DNA of 57,739 nt from Thiobacillus sp. (GCA_035562135.1 DATMWS010000056.1:1-57739), one strand, 5' to 3'. Counted from the stretch's first letter, positions 1 to 8,968 are shown. Numbers and translations: made by a program. Notes: generated from the letters alone by a model not told the origin.

Positions 1-593
1 GTGCGGGTTGCCGTCAGCGGCGCGCTGGTGGGGCGCAGGGCGGGCGGGGGCGCCGCCTGCCGGGCCAGGCGGCGAATGCCGGCGGGATCTGCCGCCCAGC
101 GCCCCGAGAGATGGGTCAACAGTTTGCGGAAATCGTCCGGCGGCGCATACAGCACGCCAAACGCCGGGTAGCCTTCGGGGGTGACAAAGGCATTCAGCGG
201 CCAGCCCGCTACGCCGTTGAGCCGTGCCGAGAATGTTTGCAGGGCATCATCCAGGCCGCTGTTGAGTTCGCGATCAACCTTGACCGGGATGAAATCGCGG
301 TTGAGCAGCGCGGCAATCTGCGCGTTCTTGTAGCTTTCGCGCTGCATGACGTGACACCAGTGGCAGGCGAAGTAGCCCACCGAAACGAACAGCAGCTTGT
401 TTTCGCGTTTGGCGCGGGCGAGGGTGTCGGCATTCCATTCCTGCCAGGCCACCGGATCGCTGCCATGCAGCGCCAGATAGGGCGAGGGATGGTCTACAAG
501 ACGATTGACCGGGTCGGCTGCCCCTGCCGCAGCGGGCAGCAGCAGAATCAGCAGCAGGGTGGTGAATGCTATCGCGCGTTCAAACCCGGACAT
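1..593 (-). CDS. DUF255/YyaL (SSP411-like) thioredoxin-domain protein with signal peptide; 3' end runs off the window
   Basis: Not in the ORF track (no stop in window). Manual translation from ATG 593: MSGFERAIAFTTLLLILLLPAAAGAADPVNRLVDHPSPYLALHGSDPVAWQEW...SVGYFACHWCHVMQRESY...VKVDRE...GWPLNAFVTPEG, the typical DUF255 N-terminus with a CHWC motif. Confidence 0.9.
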   Translation of the reverse strand, partial: MSGFERAIAFTTLLLILLLPAAAGAADPVNRLVDHPSPYLALHGSDPVAWQEWNADTLARAKRENKLLFVSVGYFACHWCHVMQRESYKNAQIAALLNRDFIPVKVDRELNSGLDDALQTFSARLNGVAGWPLNAFVTPEGYPAFGVLYAPPDDFRKLLTHLSGRWAADPAGIRRLARQAAPPPALRPTSAPLTATR

Positions 594-1311
594 AGGTCCA
601 GCCTTGCTGGAGCCGGGTGACGATTTCGCCGATGGCGGTCGGCGCAGTCCGGGTGGCGGGCAGCAGGATGACCTTTTCACCGTCGTTCGTGAAACGGGCG
701 ATGGACTGGCTGCACGCCACCCAATGCAGGTTGGCGTGGCGCTGCGTCATGCGCGCCATGCGCGACGCATGGGGGCTGACCCCTGCGCGCAGCAGATCGA
801 TGCCGCGGCTATTGGCGATGATTTCAAGCTGCATCGCCCGGCCTTGCCGCTCTGCCTCGTCGAGCAGATGCTCGGCTTGGTCCAGCACAGACAGCATCTT
901 GTCGGGCGCGGCGCTGTCGAGGTGCAGCATGAGCCGATTGGGGTCGGCCTCGCGCGTCAGGCTGACCGTCTGAAAACCGCCCTGGACGGCCACCGGAATG
1001 GTTGCCACCGCTTGCGGTTCCAGGCCACGCAAGGCCCAGCCGCCGCTCAATCCCGCAACCAGGACGAGACAACCGTAAGCGCAGCGCTGCATGAACTGGC
1101 GCCGGGGGGCAGTGCGCAGCTCCCGGCCAGCGGCAACCGGCGGTTCGGCATAGGCCAGCCGCACCATGCTCTGCAGGGTGCGCAACGAGCAGACACGCTG
1201 CGCCAGTTCCTTGTCGTCGCGTATCCGCGCGATGAGCGTTTCACTCTCGGTCACGTCGAGTTCGCCATCGACAAAGGCATGCAGGGATTCGTCCGAAACG
1301 ACGGGGTTCAT
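580..1311 (-). CDS. Membrane-anchored anti-sigma factor with C-terminal DsrE-like domain
   Basis: N-terminal SDESLHAFVDGELD anti-sigma motif, one TM segment (GCLVLVAGLSGGWAL), C-terminus LEIIANSRGIDLL...WVACSQSI...IGEIVTRLQQGWTYVRV resembling DsrE; 4-bp overlap with the sigma gene. Confidence 0.82.
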   Translation of the reverse strand: MNPVVSDESLHAFVDGELDVTESETLIARIRDDKELAQRVCSLRTLQSMVRLAYAEPPVAAGRELRTAPRRQFMQRCAYGCLVLVAGLSGGWALRGLEPQAVATIPVAVQGGFQTVSLTREADPNRLMLHLDSAAPDKMLSVLDQAEHLLDEAERQGRAMQLEIIANSRGIDLLRAGVSPHASRMARMTQRHANLHWVACSQSIARFTNDGEKVILLPATRTAPTAIGEIVTRLQQGWTYVRV

Positions 1312-1862
1312 TTCACGCTCCTCAGCAAGGTCCGGACCGCAGGCTGCTGCGTCGCCGGATCCAGCAAATTCTTCAGGCTTGCGCGCGCGCGCGACAGACG
1401 GCTCATCACAGTACCGACCGGGATATTCAATATCCCGGCCACTTCGGCATAGCCAAAGCCTTCCAGATCGACCAGCGTCAGCACCTGGCGCTGTCCCAGT
1501 GGCAGACGCGCCACTGCCGCCCGCACGCAGGCGATCACCTGCTCACGGTTGCAGCACGCATCGGGAGTATCCGCGCCGGATTCGAGTTCATCCTGCCAGT
1601 CCTCGACATCGTCGAAGTCGCGCCGGCCGCGCAGGTGATCGAGCCAGCAGTGATTCATGATCGCCACCATCCAGGCCTTCAGCGCGGCCTCGTCGCGCAG
1701 CTGGGAACGCCGCGCCCAGGCCTTGGACAGGGTTTCCTGCACCAGATCGTCGGCCAGCGCGGCGTCGTGGCACCAGGCATAGGCGATGCGGTAGAGCACC
1801 GGGCGCTGCGACTCGATGCCGGGACGAAACGGGCCAAACAGTAAGCGGCTGATCATGTTCAT
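1308..1862 (-). CDS. ECF sigma-70 family RNA polymerase sigma factor
   Basis: Region 2 (ADDLVQETLSKAW) and region 4 (GYAEVAGILNIPVGTVMSRLSRAR). Start placed at 1862 because the ORF-track start (1889) lies inside the predicted promoter. Confidence 0.93.
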   Translation of the reverse strand: MNMISRLLFGPFRPGIESQRPVLYRIAYAWCHDAALADDLVQETLSKAWARRSQLRDEAALKAWMVAIMNHCWLDHLRGRRDFDDVEDWQDELESGADTPDACCNREQVIACVRAAVARLPLGQRQVLTLVDLEGFGYAEVAGILNIPVGTVMSRLSRARASLKNLLDPATQQPAVRTLLRSVK

Positions 1863-1868
1863 GTGGGT

Positions 1869-1896
1869 ATGACGCGGAAAGTAGTTCATTTATTCC
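1869..1896 (-). promoter_or_regulatory. ECF-type promoter GGAATA-N16-CGTCAT for the sigma operon
   Basis: Minus strand reads GGAATA aatgaactactttccg CGTCAT, ending 6 nt before ATG 1862. Confidence 0.7.
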
Positions 1897-1918
1897 AGAA
1901 AAATTCACCTGTCGGAAT

Positions 1919-1946
1919 GGAATAAGCGTGCCATTCCCCGCGTCTA
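1919..1946 (+). promoter_or_regulatory. ECF-type promoter GGAATA-N16-CGTCTA for the dsrE gene
   Basis: GGAATA agcgtgccattccccg CGTCTA, same architecture as the divergent promoter. Confidence 0.72.
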
Positions 1947-1999
1947 CCCTGTAGGCTTCGATAAAGCCAGTTTATCCATTATCAATCAGGAGACTCATC

Positions 2000-2476
2000 A
2001 TGACACGCACCCTCACCCCTCTGTTTGCCGCCTTGCTGCTGGCGACCGCCCCCATGGCCCACGCCGCCCCGATGGCCGATGCCAAGGCAAAGGCGTCTGC
2101 ACCAGCCGCCGCCCCGGCTGTGGTCCAGGAAAAAGTGGTTTACCACATCAATGACGCGTCGGTTGCCCGTGTCGCCCTGCGCAACGTCCAGAACCACATC
2201 ACTGCCAGCCCCGACGCCAAGATCGTGGTGGTCACCCATGGCAAGGGCATTGATTTCCTGCTCAACGACGCCAAGGATGACAAAGGCGAAGCCTACCTGA
2301 CCCAGGTGGCCGGCCTCAAGGAAAAGGGGGTCGATTTCCGCGTCTGCCAAAACACCCTGAAAAGTCGCAAGCTTGAGGACAGCGCTGTGATTGTGGACGC
2401 CTCCATCGTGCCGTCCGGCGTGGCTGAGATCGGAAAACTGCAGGCCAAAGAGGGCTACGTCTACCTGAAGCCCTAA
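2000..2476 (+). CDS. Secreted DsrE family protein
   Basis: Signal peptide (AHA), KVVYHIN, VVVTHGKGIDFL, FRVCQNTL, VPSGVAEIGKLQAKEGYVYLKP; AGGAG RBS. Confidence 0.88.
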   Translation: MTRTLTPLFAALLLATAPMAHAAPMADAKAKASAPAAAPAVVQEKVVYHINDASVARVALRNVQNHITASPDAKIVVVTHGKGIDFLLNDAKDDKGEAYLTQVAGLKEKGVDFRVCQNTLKSRKLEDSAVIVDASIVPSGVAEIGKLQAKEGYVYLKP

Positions 2477-2625
2477 AGGACTCCGATCCACTACGCGCTA
2501 AAGCACGTGTGGAGTCGTATGCCCTAAAGGACTCCGATCCACTACGCGCTAAAGCACGTGTGGAGTCGTATGCCCTAAAGGACTCCGATCCACTACGTGC
2601 TAAAAGGCGTGGAATCGTATGCCCT
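2470..2625. repeat. 51-bp tandem repeat, about 3 copies, each an imperfect palindrome
   Basis: gccctaaaggactccgatccactacgcgctaaagcacgtgtggagtcgtat at 2470-2520 and 2521-2571 (identical), diverged 49-bp copy 2572-2620, then gccct. Confidence 0.95.
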
Positions 2626-2650
2626 GAATCGAAATTCTTGTAGTGCATCA

Positions 2651-2680
2651 TGCCGACCCTGATAGTGGGTCGGTATTTTT
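2651..2680 (+). terminator. Terminator-like hairpin between dsrE and porin
   Basis: tgccgaccc-tgatagt-gggtcggta followed by TTTTT. Confidence 0.5.
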
Positions 2681-2701
2681 ATACCCCCGGGAGGAGAACA
2701 C

Positions 2702-3997
2702 ATGAAACAAAAAATACTTGTGGCGCTACTGATCGCCGCCTTGCCCGTGAGCGCGCATGCCGCCAACTGGCTTCAATTACAGGGCACCGAACCCGCTGAC
2801 AGCGGTTACTTCAAGCTGTTCGGCTTTCTGCAGCCGAGTTATACCTATATCGATGCCGACCCGATTCAGGGACTGGCTGGTGCTGCCGCGCCTTTCAATG
2901 GCCAGTTCACCCTGCCCAACCGCGTGGGTCCCGAGAATGAAGCCAACCACGAACTCCATTTCTTCCGCGCCCGCCTGGGTGTGCGCGGCAATATCCTGCC
3001 CGGAAAAATCAATTATTTCCTGCTTGCCGAGGCAGGCAAAAATGCGATCACCTCGCAGCGCGATCTGATGATGACCGACGCCTCGGTCACCTTCAATTAC
3101 ATCCCCGGTGCGCGTATTCGCGCGGGCCTGTTCAAGCTCCCCACCAGCGAGGAAGCACTGGTGGCGGTGCACACCTCTTATCCCTACATCTATTTCAGCA
3201 ACGCCGCCACCAATCTGCTGGTCGAAAATCAGGTCAAATCGACGGGCGCAGTGAGCTTGACGGGGGCGTCGAACGGCGCCACCGTCAGCGCCGGCTCCGG
3301 TTTCCGCGACTGGGGGGTGCAGGTCTTCGACTGGTTCAACAAGGGGCCGTGGGAGTTTTCCTATGCGCTGATGGTCTCCAACGGCAACGAAATCGAGGAG
3401 TTCTCCGACGACGACGGCAACAAGGACATCACCGGCCGTCTGCAGGCGTCCTACGTGTTTGACAAGAGCAAAGGCCCCAATCGCGAGGATGCCTCGGTCT
3501 GGATCTGGCACCAAAACGGCGAGCGCGAATTTGGCGGGCAGGACTTCGACCGCATTCGCGAAGGCATCGGTGCGCGTTATCAGAAAGGCCCGTGGCGTGC
3601 CACTGCGGAATTCCTGCGTGGTGACGGCATGATCGTCGCCGGCCCCAATCCGCCCTTTCCCGGGCAGCCCACACAAATCGGCGTCAACGAAAAGGCTGAC
3701 GGCTGGTATCTCGAGGGCGGCTGGCGCTTTCACAAGGACTGGGAAGTCGACCTGCGCCACGACGTGTACAACCGCATGACCGAAGCCGCTGCGCTGGAGC
3801 GCCAGTTCACCAGCACCACGCTGGGCGCGAACTGGTATTTTTACAAGAACACGCGGCTGACGTTGAACTACGAGTGGCGCGACCTCGATGTGCCCAACCC
3901 CCTGGCTATTCCCGCCGGCGCGCAGCGCAACAACGCGCAGCTGATTGCCGACAATCTGGGCGACCGCGCCAGCCTGCAGCTGACCTGGTTCTTCTGA
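2702..3997 (+). CDS. Outer-membrane porin (OprO/OprP-like beta-barrel)
   Basis: Signal peptide (SAHA), FRARLGVRG and DASVTFNY...RIRAGLFK porin-like strands, C-terminal Phe; GGAGGAG RBS. Confidence 0.8.
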   Translation: MKQKILVALLIAALPVSAHAANWLQLQGTEPADSGYFKLFGFLQPSYTYIDADPIQGLAGAAAPFNGQFTLPNRVGPENEANHELHFFRARLGVRGNILPGKINYFLLAEAGKNAITSQRDLMMTDASVTFNYIPGARIRAGLFKLPTSEEALVAVHTSYPYIYFSNAATNLLVENQVKSTGAVSLTGASNGATVSAGSGFRDWGVQVFDWFNKGPWEFSYALMVSNGNEIEEFSDDDGNKDITGRLQASYVFDKSKGPNREDASVWIWHQNGEREFGGQDFDRIREGIGARYQKGPWRATAEFLRGDGMIVAGPNPPFPGQPTQIGVNEKADGWYLEGGWRFHKDWEVDLRHDVYNRMTEAAALERQFTSTTLGANWYFYKNTRLTLNYEWRDLDVPNPLAIPAGAQRNNAQLIADNLGDRASLQLTWFF

Positions 3998-4020
3998 CCC
4001 ACATCGAAGGACACTTCCTG

Positions 4021-4045
4021 AAGCGGCCATCCGGCCGCTTTTTTT
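4021..4045 (+). terminator. Rho-independent terminator
   Basis: aagcggcc-atcc-ggccgctt followed by a T run, between the convergent porin and orn genes. Confidence 0.8.
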
Positions 4046-4592
4046 ATGCGCTGCGGATGAAGTGCTCGCGGTAATACTTCAGTTCTTCGATGGACTCGTA
4101 GATATCGGCCAGCGCCTCGTGCTTGTTGGACTTTTTGAACGCCTCGGAAAGCCCGGGCCGCCAGCGCTTGGCCAGTTCCTTCAGGGTGCTGACGTCGAGG
4201 TTGCGGTAGTGGAAGAACGCTTCCAGCTGCGGCATGCAGCGCGCCATGAAGCGACGGTCCTGACAGATCGAGTTGCCGCACATCGGCGAGGTCCTGGCCG
4301 GCACATGCTGTTTCACGAATTCCAGCATCTGCGCCTCGGCCTCGGCTTCGTTCAGCTGCGAGGCCTTGACGCGATCGATCAGCCCCGATTTGCCATGCGT
4401 GCCCTTGTTCCAGCTGTCCATCGCATTCATCACCTCGTCGGGCTGATGCACCACCAGCACCGGACCCTCGGCCACGGTGTTGAGGTCAGCATCGGTGACA
4501 ACGATGGCGAGTTCAATGATGCAGTCGGTGTCGGGCGACAGGCCGGTCATTTCCATGTCCAGCCAGAGCAGATGTGTGGGATTCAGGGCCAT
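4044..4592 (-). CDS. orn: Oligoribonuclease
   Basis: [40 protein letters not shown]. Confidence 0.97.
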   Translation of the reverse strand: MALNPTHLLWLDMEMTGLSPDTDCIIELAIVVTDADLNTVAEGPVLVVHQPDEVMNAMDSWNKGTHGKSGLIDRVKASQLNEAEAEAQMLEFVKQHVPARTSPMCGNSICQDRRFMARCMPQLEAFFHYRNLDVSTLKELAKRWRPGLSEAFKKSNKHEALADIYESIEELKYYREHFIRSA

Positions 4593-4704
4593 ATCAGCGT
4601 TCCTTCAAAAACAGGCCGCCATTCTCGCACACGACGCGTCCGGTGCTGGCGCAATTGCAGCCCTGTGACGATAATGCGCAAATAGCCCCGAGTGGAGTCC
4701 CATC

Positions 4705-5013
4705 ATGAAAATCCTGACCATTTTGTTCTGTGGCGCGCTGCTGGCCAGCGGCGCCCACGCCGCGCCGTTTGCCAAGGGCGACCCCAAGACCGGAAAAGGC
4801 CTGCACGACAAGGCCTGCATCAACTGCCACACCAGCATGTTCGGCGGCGACGGCAGCAAGATCTACGCGCGCGCCGACCGCAAGACCAAAACCGCGCAGC
4901 AGCTGGCTGCCCGCATCTCCGGCTGCAACGCCAACACCGGTGCCGGCTGGTTCCCGGAAGACGAGGCGCATGTCGCCGCCTACCTCAACCAGCAGTATTA
5001 CAAATTCAAGTAA
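4705..5013 (+). CDS. Monoheme cytochrome c
   Basis: Signal peptide, CINCH heme-binding motif. Confidence 0.9.
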   Translation: MKILTILFCGALLASGAHAAPFAKGDPKTGKGLHDKACINCHTSMFGGDGSKIYARADRKTKTAQQLAARISGCNANTGAGWFPEDEAHVAAYLNQQYYKFK

Positions 5014-5022
5014 GGACATCCC

Positions 5023-5364
5023 ATGACCACCATTGTTGAAGAACTCGTCCGCAAGAAGTGCGCGCCCTGCGAAGGCGGCGTCGCCCCGCTGACCGATGCG
5101 CAGATTGGGCCGCTGCTGAAGGGGCTGTCCGGCTGGCAGCGCGACGGCGAAAAGATCGCCAAGGAATTCAAGTTCAAGGACCACTACCAGACCCAGGCCT
5201 TTACCAACGCCGTGATGTGGGTATCGCACCGCGAAGATCACCATCCCTACCTGCTGGTGGGCTACAACACCTGCCGCGTGGAATACTGGACGCACGCGAT
5301 TGGCGGGCTTTCCGAGAACGATTTCATCTGCGCCGCCAAGGTCGACATGCTGTTTGACATCTGA
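5023..5364 (+). CDS. phhB: Pterin-4-alpha-carbinolamine dehydratase
   Basis: [23 protein letters not shown]. Confidence 0.93.
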   Translation: MTTIVEELVRKKCAPCEGGVAPLTDAQIGPLLKGLSGWQRDGEKIAKEFKFKDHYQTQAFTNAVMWVSHREDHHPYLLVGYNTCRVEYWTHAIGGLSENDFICAAKVDMLFDI

Positions 5365-5368
5365 TCCT

Positions 5369-6247
5369 GTGACCGTCCTGACCGGCCAGGTCGTCGCCGC
5401 ATTCAGCCGCCGTTTCATCGTCGCGACCGCCGACGGCAAGCTGCCGTGTCAGGTCAAGGGACGCCACCTGCGCGTGGTGTGCGGCGACCGGGTCGAAGTC
5501 CGGCGCGACGGCGACGCGGGGGTGATCGAGGCGGTGCTGCCGCGCGCCAACCTGCTGTACCGCTCCGACGCCTTCAAATCCAAGGCCATTGCCGCCAACG
5601 TCACCCAGCTTGCCGTGGTGGTGGCGGCGCGGCCGAGTTTTTCGATGGAACTGGTGCAGCGCTGCGTCCTCGCCGCCGAAGACCAGGGCCTCGCCAGCCT
5701 GCTCATCCTCAACAAGGCCGACCTGCCGGAAACCCCGGATGCACGCGAACGCCTGAATCTGCTCACCCGCATCGGCTATCCGCTCGTCATGCTGTCGGCG
5801 CTGACCGATGTGGCGCCGCTGCGTCCGGCCCTGCACGGTCACACCACGCTGCTGATCGGGCAGTCCGGCATGGGCAAATCCACGCTGATCAACGCGCTGT
5901 TTCCGGGCGCCGACGTGGTAACTGCCGAGTATTCCGAGGCGCTCGACAGCGGGCGCCACACCACCACCCACACCCGCCTGCACCGGCTGGATGCCGACTC
6001 GGCGGTGATCGACTCCCCTGGCCTGCAGGAATTCGCCCTGCAGCACCTGGACGCCGGCGCCCTGGCGCACGCCTTCGTCGAGTTCCGCCCGTTTCTGGGT
6101 CAGTGCCGTTTCCGCGACTGCATGCACGAGACCGAGCCAGGTTGCCGCCTCCAGGAAGCAGTGGCGGCGGGCGAAATCGACCCGGCACGGCTCAAGCTGT
6201 TCCAGACCCTGCGCCGCCTGCAGCAAAACGCCGCCCAGCGGCTATAA
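5369..6247 (+). CDS. rsgA: Ribosome small subunit-dependent GTPase A
   Basis: NKAD, GQSGMGKS, GRHTTT, DSPG, CRFRDCMH...PGC; GTG start at 5369 just after phhB. Confidence 0.95.
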   Translation: MTVLTGQVVAAFSRRFIVATADGKLPCQVKGRHLRVVCGDRVEVRRDGDAGVIEAVLPRANLLYRSDAFKSKAIAANVTQLAVVVAARPSFSMELVQRCVLAAEDQGLASLLILNKADLPETPDARERLNLLTRIGYPLVMLSALTDVAPLRPALHGHTTLLIGQSGMGKSTLINALFPGADVVTAEYSEALDSGRHTTTHTRLHRLDADSAVIDSPGLQEFALQHLDAGALAHAFVEFRPFLGQCRFRDCMHETEPGCRLQEAVAAGEIDPARLKLFQTLRRLQQNAAQRL

Positions 6248-6280
6248 AACCAACTGGTTCACACCACGAGGAGAGCGGCC

Positions 6281-6790
6281 ATGAAATCAATTCTGGTTGC
6301 GTTAATGGGGCTATGTCTGGGATTGACCATACCAGTACAGGCCGCGGGAAAATGGGTAACGACGCCCTACGCACCGGCCAGGGTCATGTTCGAGTTTTAT
6401 CTGGACGACCCGCAGAAAATCGGCAGTGCGCTCTTCTGGGTGCGCTCGCTGATGAATCCCCTGCAGGCAGCGCCCTACAACTATTCTCCTGAAGACATGA
6501 AAATCGTTGTGGTGATCCACGGCACCGAAATCGTCACGGTAGCGAAAAAGAACGAGGCAAAATACCAGGAAGCGGTCGACCGCATGCGTTACTACGCCGA
6601 CCTGGGGGTGTCGTTCAAGGTGTGCGGGCAGGCGGCCGAGGATTACGGCTACGCGTTGAAAGACTTCCAGGATTTCATCGAGGTCGTGCCCAACGCCATC
6701 ACCGAACTGGCGCACTGGCAGCAGCAGGGTTATGCGCTGATCATCCCCCAGATCATGAGCAAGACGATCAACATCGAGTCGATCCGCTGA
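6281..6790 (+). CDS. Secreted DsrE family protein
   Basis: Signal peptide, VVVIHGTE, FKVCGQAA, VVPNAITELAHWQQQGYALI. Confidence 0.82.
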   Translation: MKSILVALMGLCLGLTIPVQAAGKWVTTPYAPARVMFEFYLDDPQKIGSALFWVRSLMNPLQAAPYNYSPEDMKIVVVIHGTEIVTVAKKNEAKYQEAVDRMRYYADLGVSFKVCGQAAEDYGYALKDFQDFIEVVPNAITELAHWQQQGYALIIPQIMSKTINIESIR

Positions 6791-6799
6791 CGACTGGCC

Positions 6800-7234
6800 T
6801 TATTCCGGCCAGTGCTTGATGTAGCGCTTGAGCAGGCTGTTCTCGAAGTTGGCTTCCTTCAGACAGGCGCGCGCCACGTCGTGGAAGGAAATGATGCCGA
6901 GCAGCTTGTTCCCGTCGAGAATCGGCAGGTGGCCGATATGCGACTTGGTCATCACGTCGCGCGCATAGTCCACCGAATCGTCGGCATCGGCCACCACCGG
7001 CTCGGTCACCATGATGGTGCTGACCTGTGCATCCTTCAGGTCACAGCCCTGCTTGACCATCCCCTGCACCACGTCGCGCTCGGTCAGCAATCCCACCATC
7101 TCGCCGTTCTTCAGCACCACCAGCGAACCCACGCCCAGGCTCACCAGCTTGGCGACGGCGCTTTCCACTGAATCGGTCGGTGCAATGCTGTAGATGGTGT
7201 CGCTTTTGAGGGTGAGAATTTCGCGAATCTGCAT
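6800..7234 (-). CDS. CBS domain protein
   Basis: Two CBS repeats (VGSLVV...GLLTERD; IGHLPI...GIISFHD). Confidence 0.92.
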   Translation of the reverse strand: MQIREILTLKSDTIYSIAPTDSVESAVAKLVSLGVGSLVVLKNGEMVGLLTERDVVQGMVKQGCDLKDAQVSTIMVTEPVVADADDSVDYARDVMTKSHIGHLPILDGNKLLGIISFHDVARACLKEANFENSLLKRYIKHWPE

Positions 7235-7300
7235 GGTGATCTCCGGGGTCGGCTTGGGGGTGCGTAATGACGTAATGATAGAACGATGGCGCGCGGCAGG

Positions 7301-7846
7301 CTATGGTCTGACCAGCGCAGCTTCAACCTGGCGGCGATTTTCGGCGCCGGTCAGCGTCTCGACCAGCGCCAGCGCAAAGTCCATCGCGGTGCCGGGGCCG
7401 CGCGAGGTCAGCACCTTGCCGTCCTGCACCACGGCTGCGGCGCTGACAGTCACGCCGGGCAGGCCGTCGAGCGCGCCGGGGTAGCTGGTTGCCCGCTTGC
7501 CGTCGAGCACACCCGCCTCGGCCAGCACCATCGGCGCGGCGCAAATGGCGGCGGTGTACTTGCCGGCCGCAGCCATTTTCTTCAGCAGCTCGAGGATGCG
7601 CGCATCGTCCTTCAGATGCGTCGCCCCCGGCATGCCGCCCGGCAGCACCACCATGTCGTAGTCGTCCTGCAGCGCCACATCGAGCGTGACATCGGGAACC
7701 AGCTGCACGCCACGGCTGGCCCTGACGATGCCGGGCTTGAGTCCGGCCGTCACCACCTCGATGCCGCCACGGCGCAGCAGATCGATGATGGTGACGGCTT
7801 CGAGTTCTTCGCAGCCTTCCGCCAGGGGAACCAGAACCTTGGTCAT
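7301..7846 (-). CDS. yajL: DJ-1/PfpI family (YajL/ThiJ) protein
   Basis: MTKVLVPLAEGCEELEAVTIIDLLRR, LPGGMPG, AICAAP, TSRGPGTA. Confidence 0.9.
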   Translation of the reverse strand: MTKVLVPLAEGCEELEAVTIIDLLRRGGIEVVTAGLKPGIVRASRGVQLVPDVTLDVALQDDYDMVVLPGGMPGATHLKDDARILELLKKMAAAGKYTAAICAAPMVLAEAGVLDGKRATSYPGALDGLPGVTVSAAAVVQDGKVLTSRGPGTAMDFALALVETLTGAENRRQVEAALVRP

Positions 7847-7887
7847 GCTCGCCTCCGTATCACGAATGTCCAAACAGGACTCCAGGC

Positions 7888-8373
7888 TCAGTCGCGGAAA
7901 TTCTGATACTGCAGCGGGAAATCGGTGATGCTCTTCTTCACCAGCGCGATGGTGTCCTGCAGCAGGTCGCGCTTGGCGCCGGACACGCGTACCGCGTCGC
8001 CCTGGATGCTGGCCTGCACCTTGAGCTTGCTGTCCTTGATGCATCGGACGATCTTCTTCGCCAACTCGGTTTCCACGCCGGTCTTCACCGTCACGCTGCG
8101 CTTGACCTTGTTGCCCGAGACTTTTTCGACGCTGCCGATATCCAGGCACTTCACGTCGACGCCGCGCTTGGCGAGCTTCTGCGTCAGAATGTCGTACACC
8201 TGATCAAGCTGAAATTCAGTGTCGGCGTGAATCGTCAGCACGTAATCGGCCTGCTCAATGCGTGCGTCGGAGCCCTTGAAATCGAAACGGGTGGACACTT
8301 CCTTGTTGACCTGGTCGACCGCGTTGCGCACTTCCTGCTTGTCGACTTCGGACACGATATCAAAACTTGGCAC
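7888..8373 (-). CDS. yajQ: YajQ family nucleotide/c-di-GMP-binding protein
   Basis: [34 protein letters not shown]. Confidence 0.95.
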   Translation of the reverse strand: MPSFDIVSEVDKQEVRNAVDQVNKEVSTRFDFKGSDARIEQADYVLTIHADTEFQLDQVYDILTQKLAKRGVDVKCLDIGSVEKVSGNKVKRSVTVKTGVETELAKKIVRCIKDSKLKVQASIQGDAVRVSGAKRDLLQDTIALVKKSITDFPLQYQNFRD

Positions 8374-8965
8374 TTGATTGCTCCTTAAAACCCGGGTTCA
8401 TATCCATCACAAATGACTGCACCGGCAGCCCGGTTTCATCATGGAACTCGGCCGCCGCCGTCACCCCCAGCCGCGCCAACGCCTCGGCGTCGAGCGAAGG
8501 TGCACGGTAGGCCGCATACATCGCCCCCAGCGCATACGAGCTGCCGCTGCCATAGGCATAAAAACGCGAGAACTCCTGCACCGTGCGATGCGCCGCCACG
8601 CCGAAAATCCCGCGCGAGTTGGCGATCAGCACATCCATGCGACTGGATTCCAGGTCCTCTTCCTTGTCCTCGCCGGTCTGCAAGTAATAGTGTTCCTTGA
8701 GGGCGCCGTGCAGGGTGTTCCATACCCGGAAGATGTTCGCCACCGAATCCAGTTGCGGCGGCACATCCAGCGAGGAGAAATAGTCTGCGAGGATCAGCTT
8801 GAAGGTGGCCGAGCCGGTGATCGCGATATAGCTATCATTGAAGCGGATGATCTTTTCGTGGTTCGCCACGTAGTCAGCCGACTCCTTGCCGCCGCCCCAC
8901 TTCGTCAGCGTGTCCGCCGCAATCGCGATGCGGCCATCCTTCTTGACGACGGTGACGGTGGTCAT
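8360..8965 (-). CDS. Betaproteobacterial proteasome homolog (BPH), Ntn-hydrolase
   Basis: N-terminal (M)TTVTVV nucleophile, [16 protein letters not shown]; arg-operon context and no hslU nearby. Confidence 0.82.
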   Translation of the reverse strand: MTTVTVVKKDGRIAIAADTLTKWGGGKESADYVANHEKIIRFNDSYIAITGSATFKLILADYFSSLDVPPQLDSVANIFRVWNTLHGALKEHYYLQTGEDKEEDLESSRMDVLIANSRGIFGVAAHRTVQEFSRFYAYGSGSSYALGAMYAAYRAPSLDAEALARLGVTAAAEFHDETGLPVQSFVMDMNPGFKEQSSAKF

Positions 8966-8968
8966 TGC

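Noticed and set aside
111-620. 169-aa plus-strand ORF
   Set aside because: The opposite strand encodes a clear DUF255 protein
2470-2625. CRISPR array
   Set aside because: Units abut with no unique spacers, and there are no cas genes in the window
2316-2651. 111-aa minus-strand ORF with a 17-aa repeat
   Set aside because: By-product of the 51-bp DNA repeat (a multiple of 3), and antisense to dsrE
8360-8965. Call as hslV
   Set aside because: No adjacent hslU, and the sequence and arg-operon context fit BPH better
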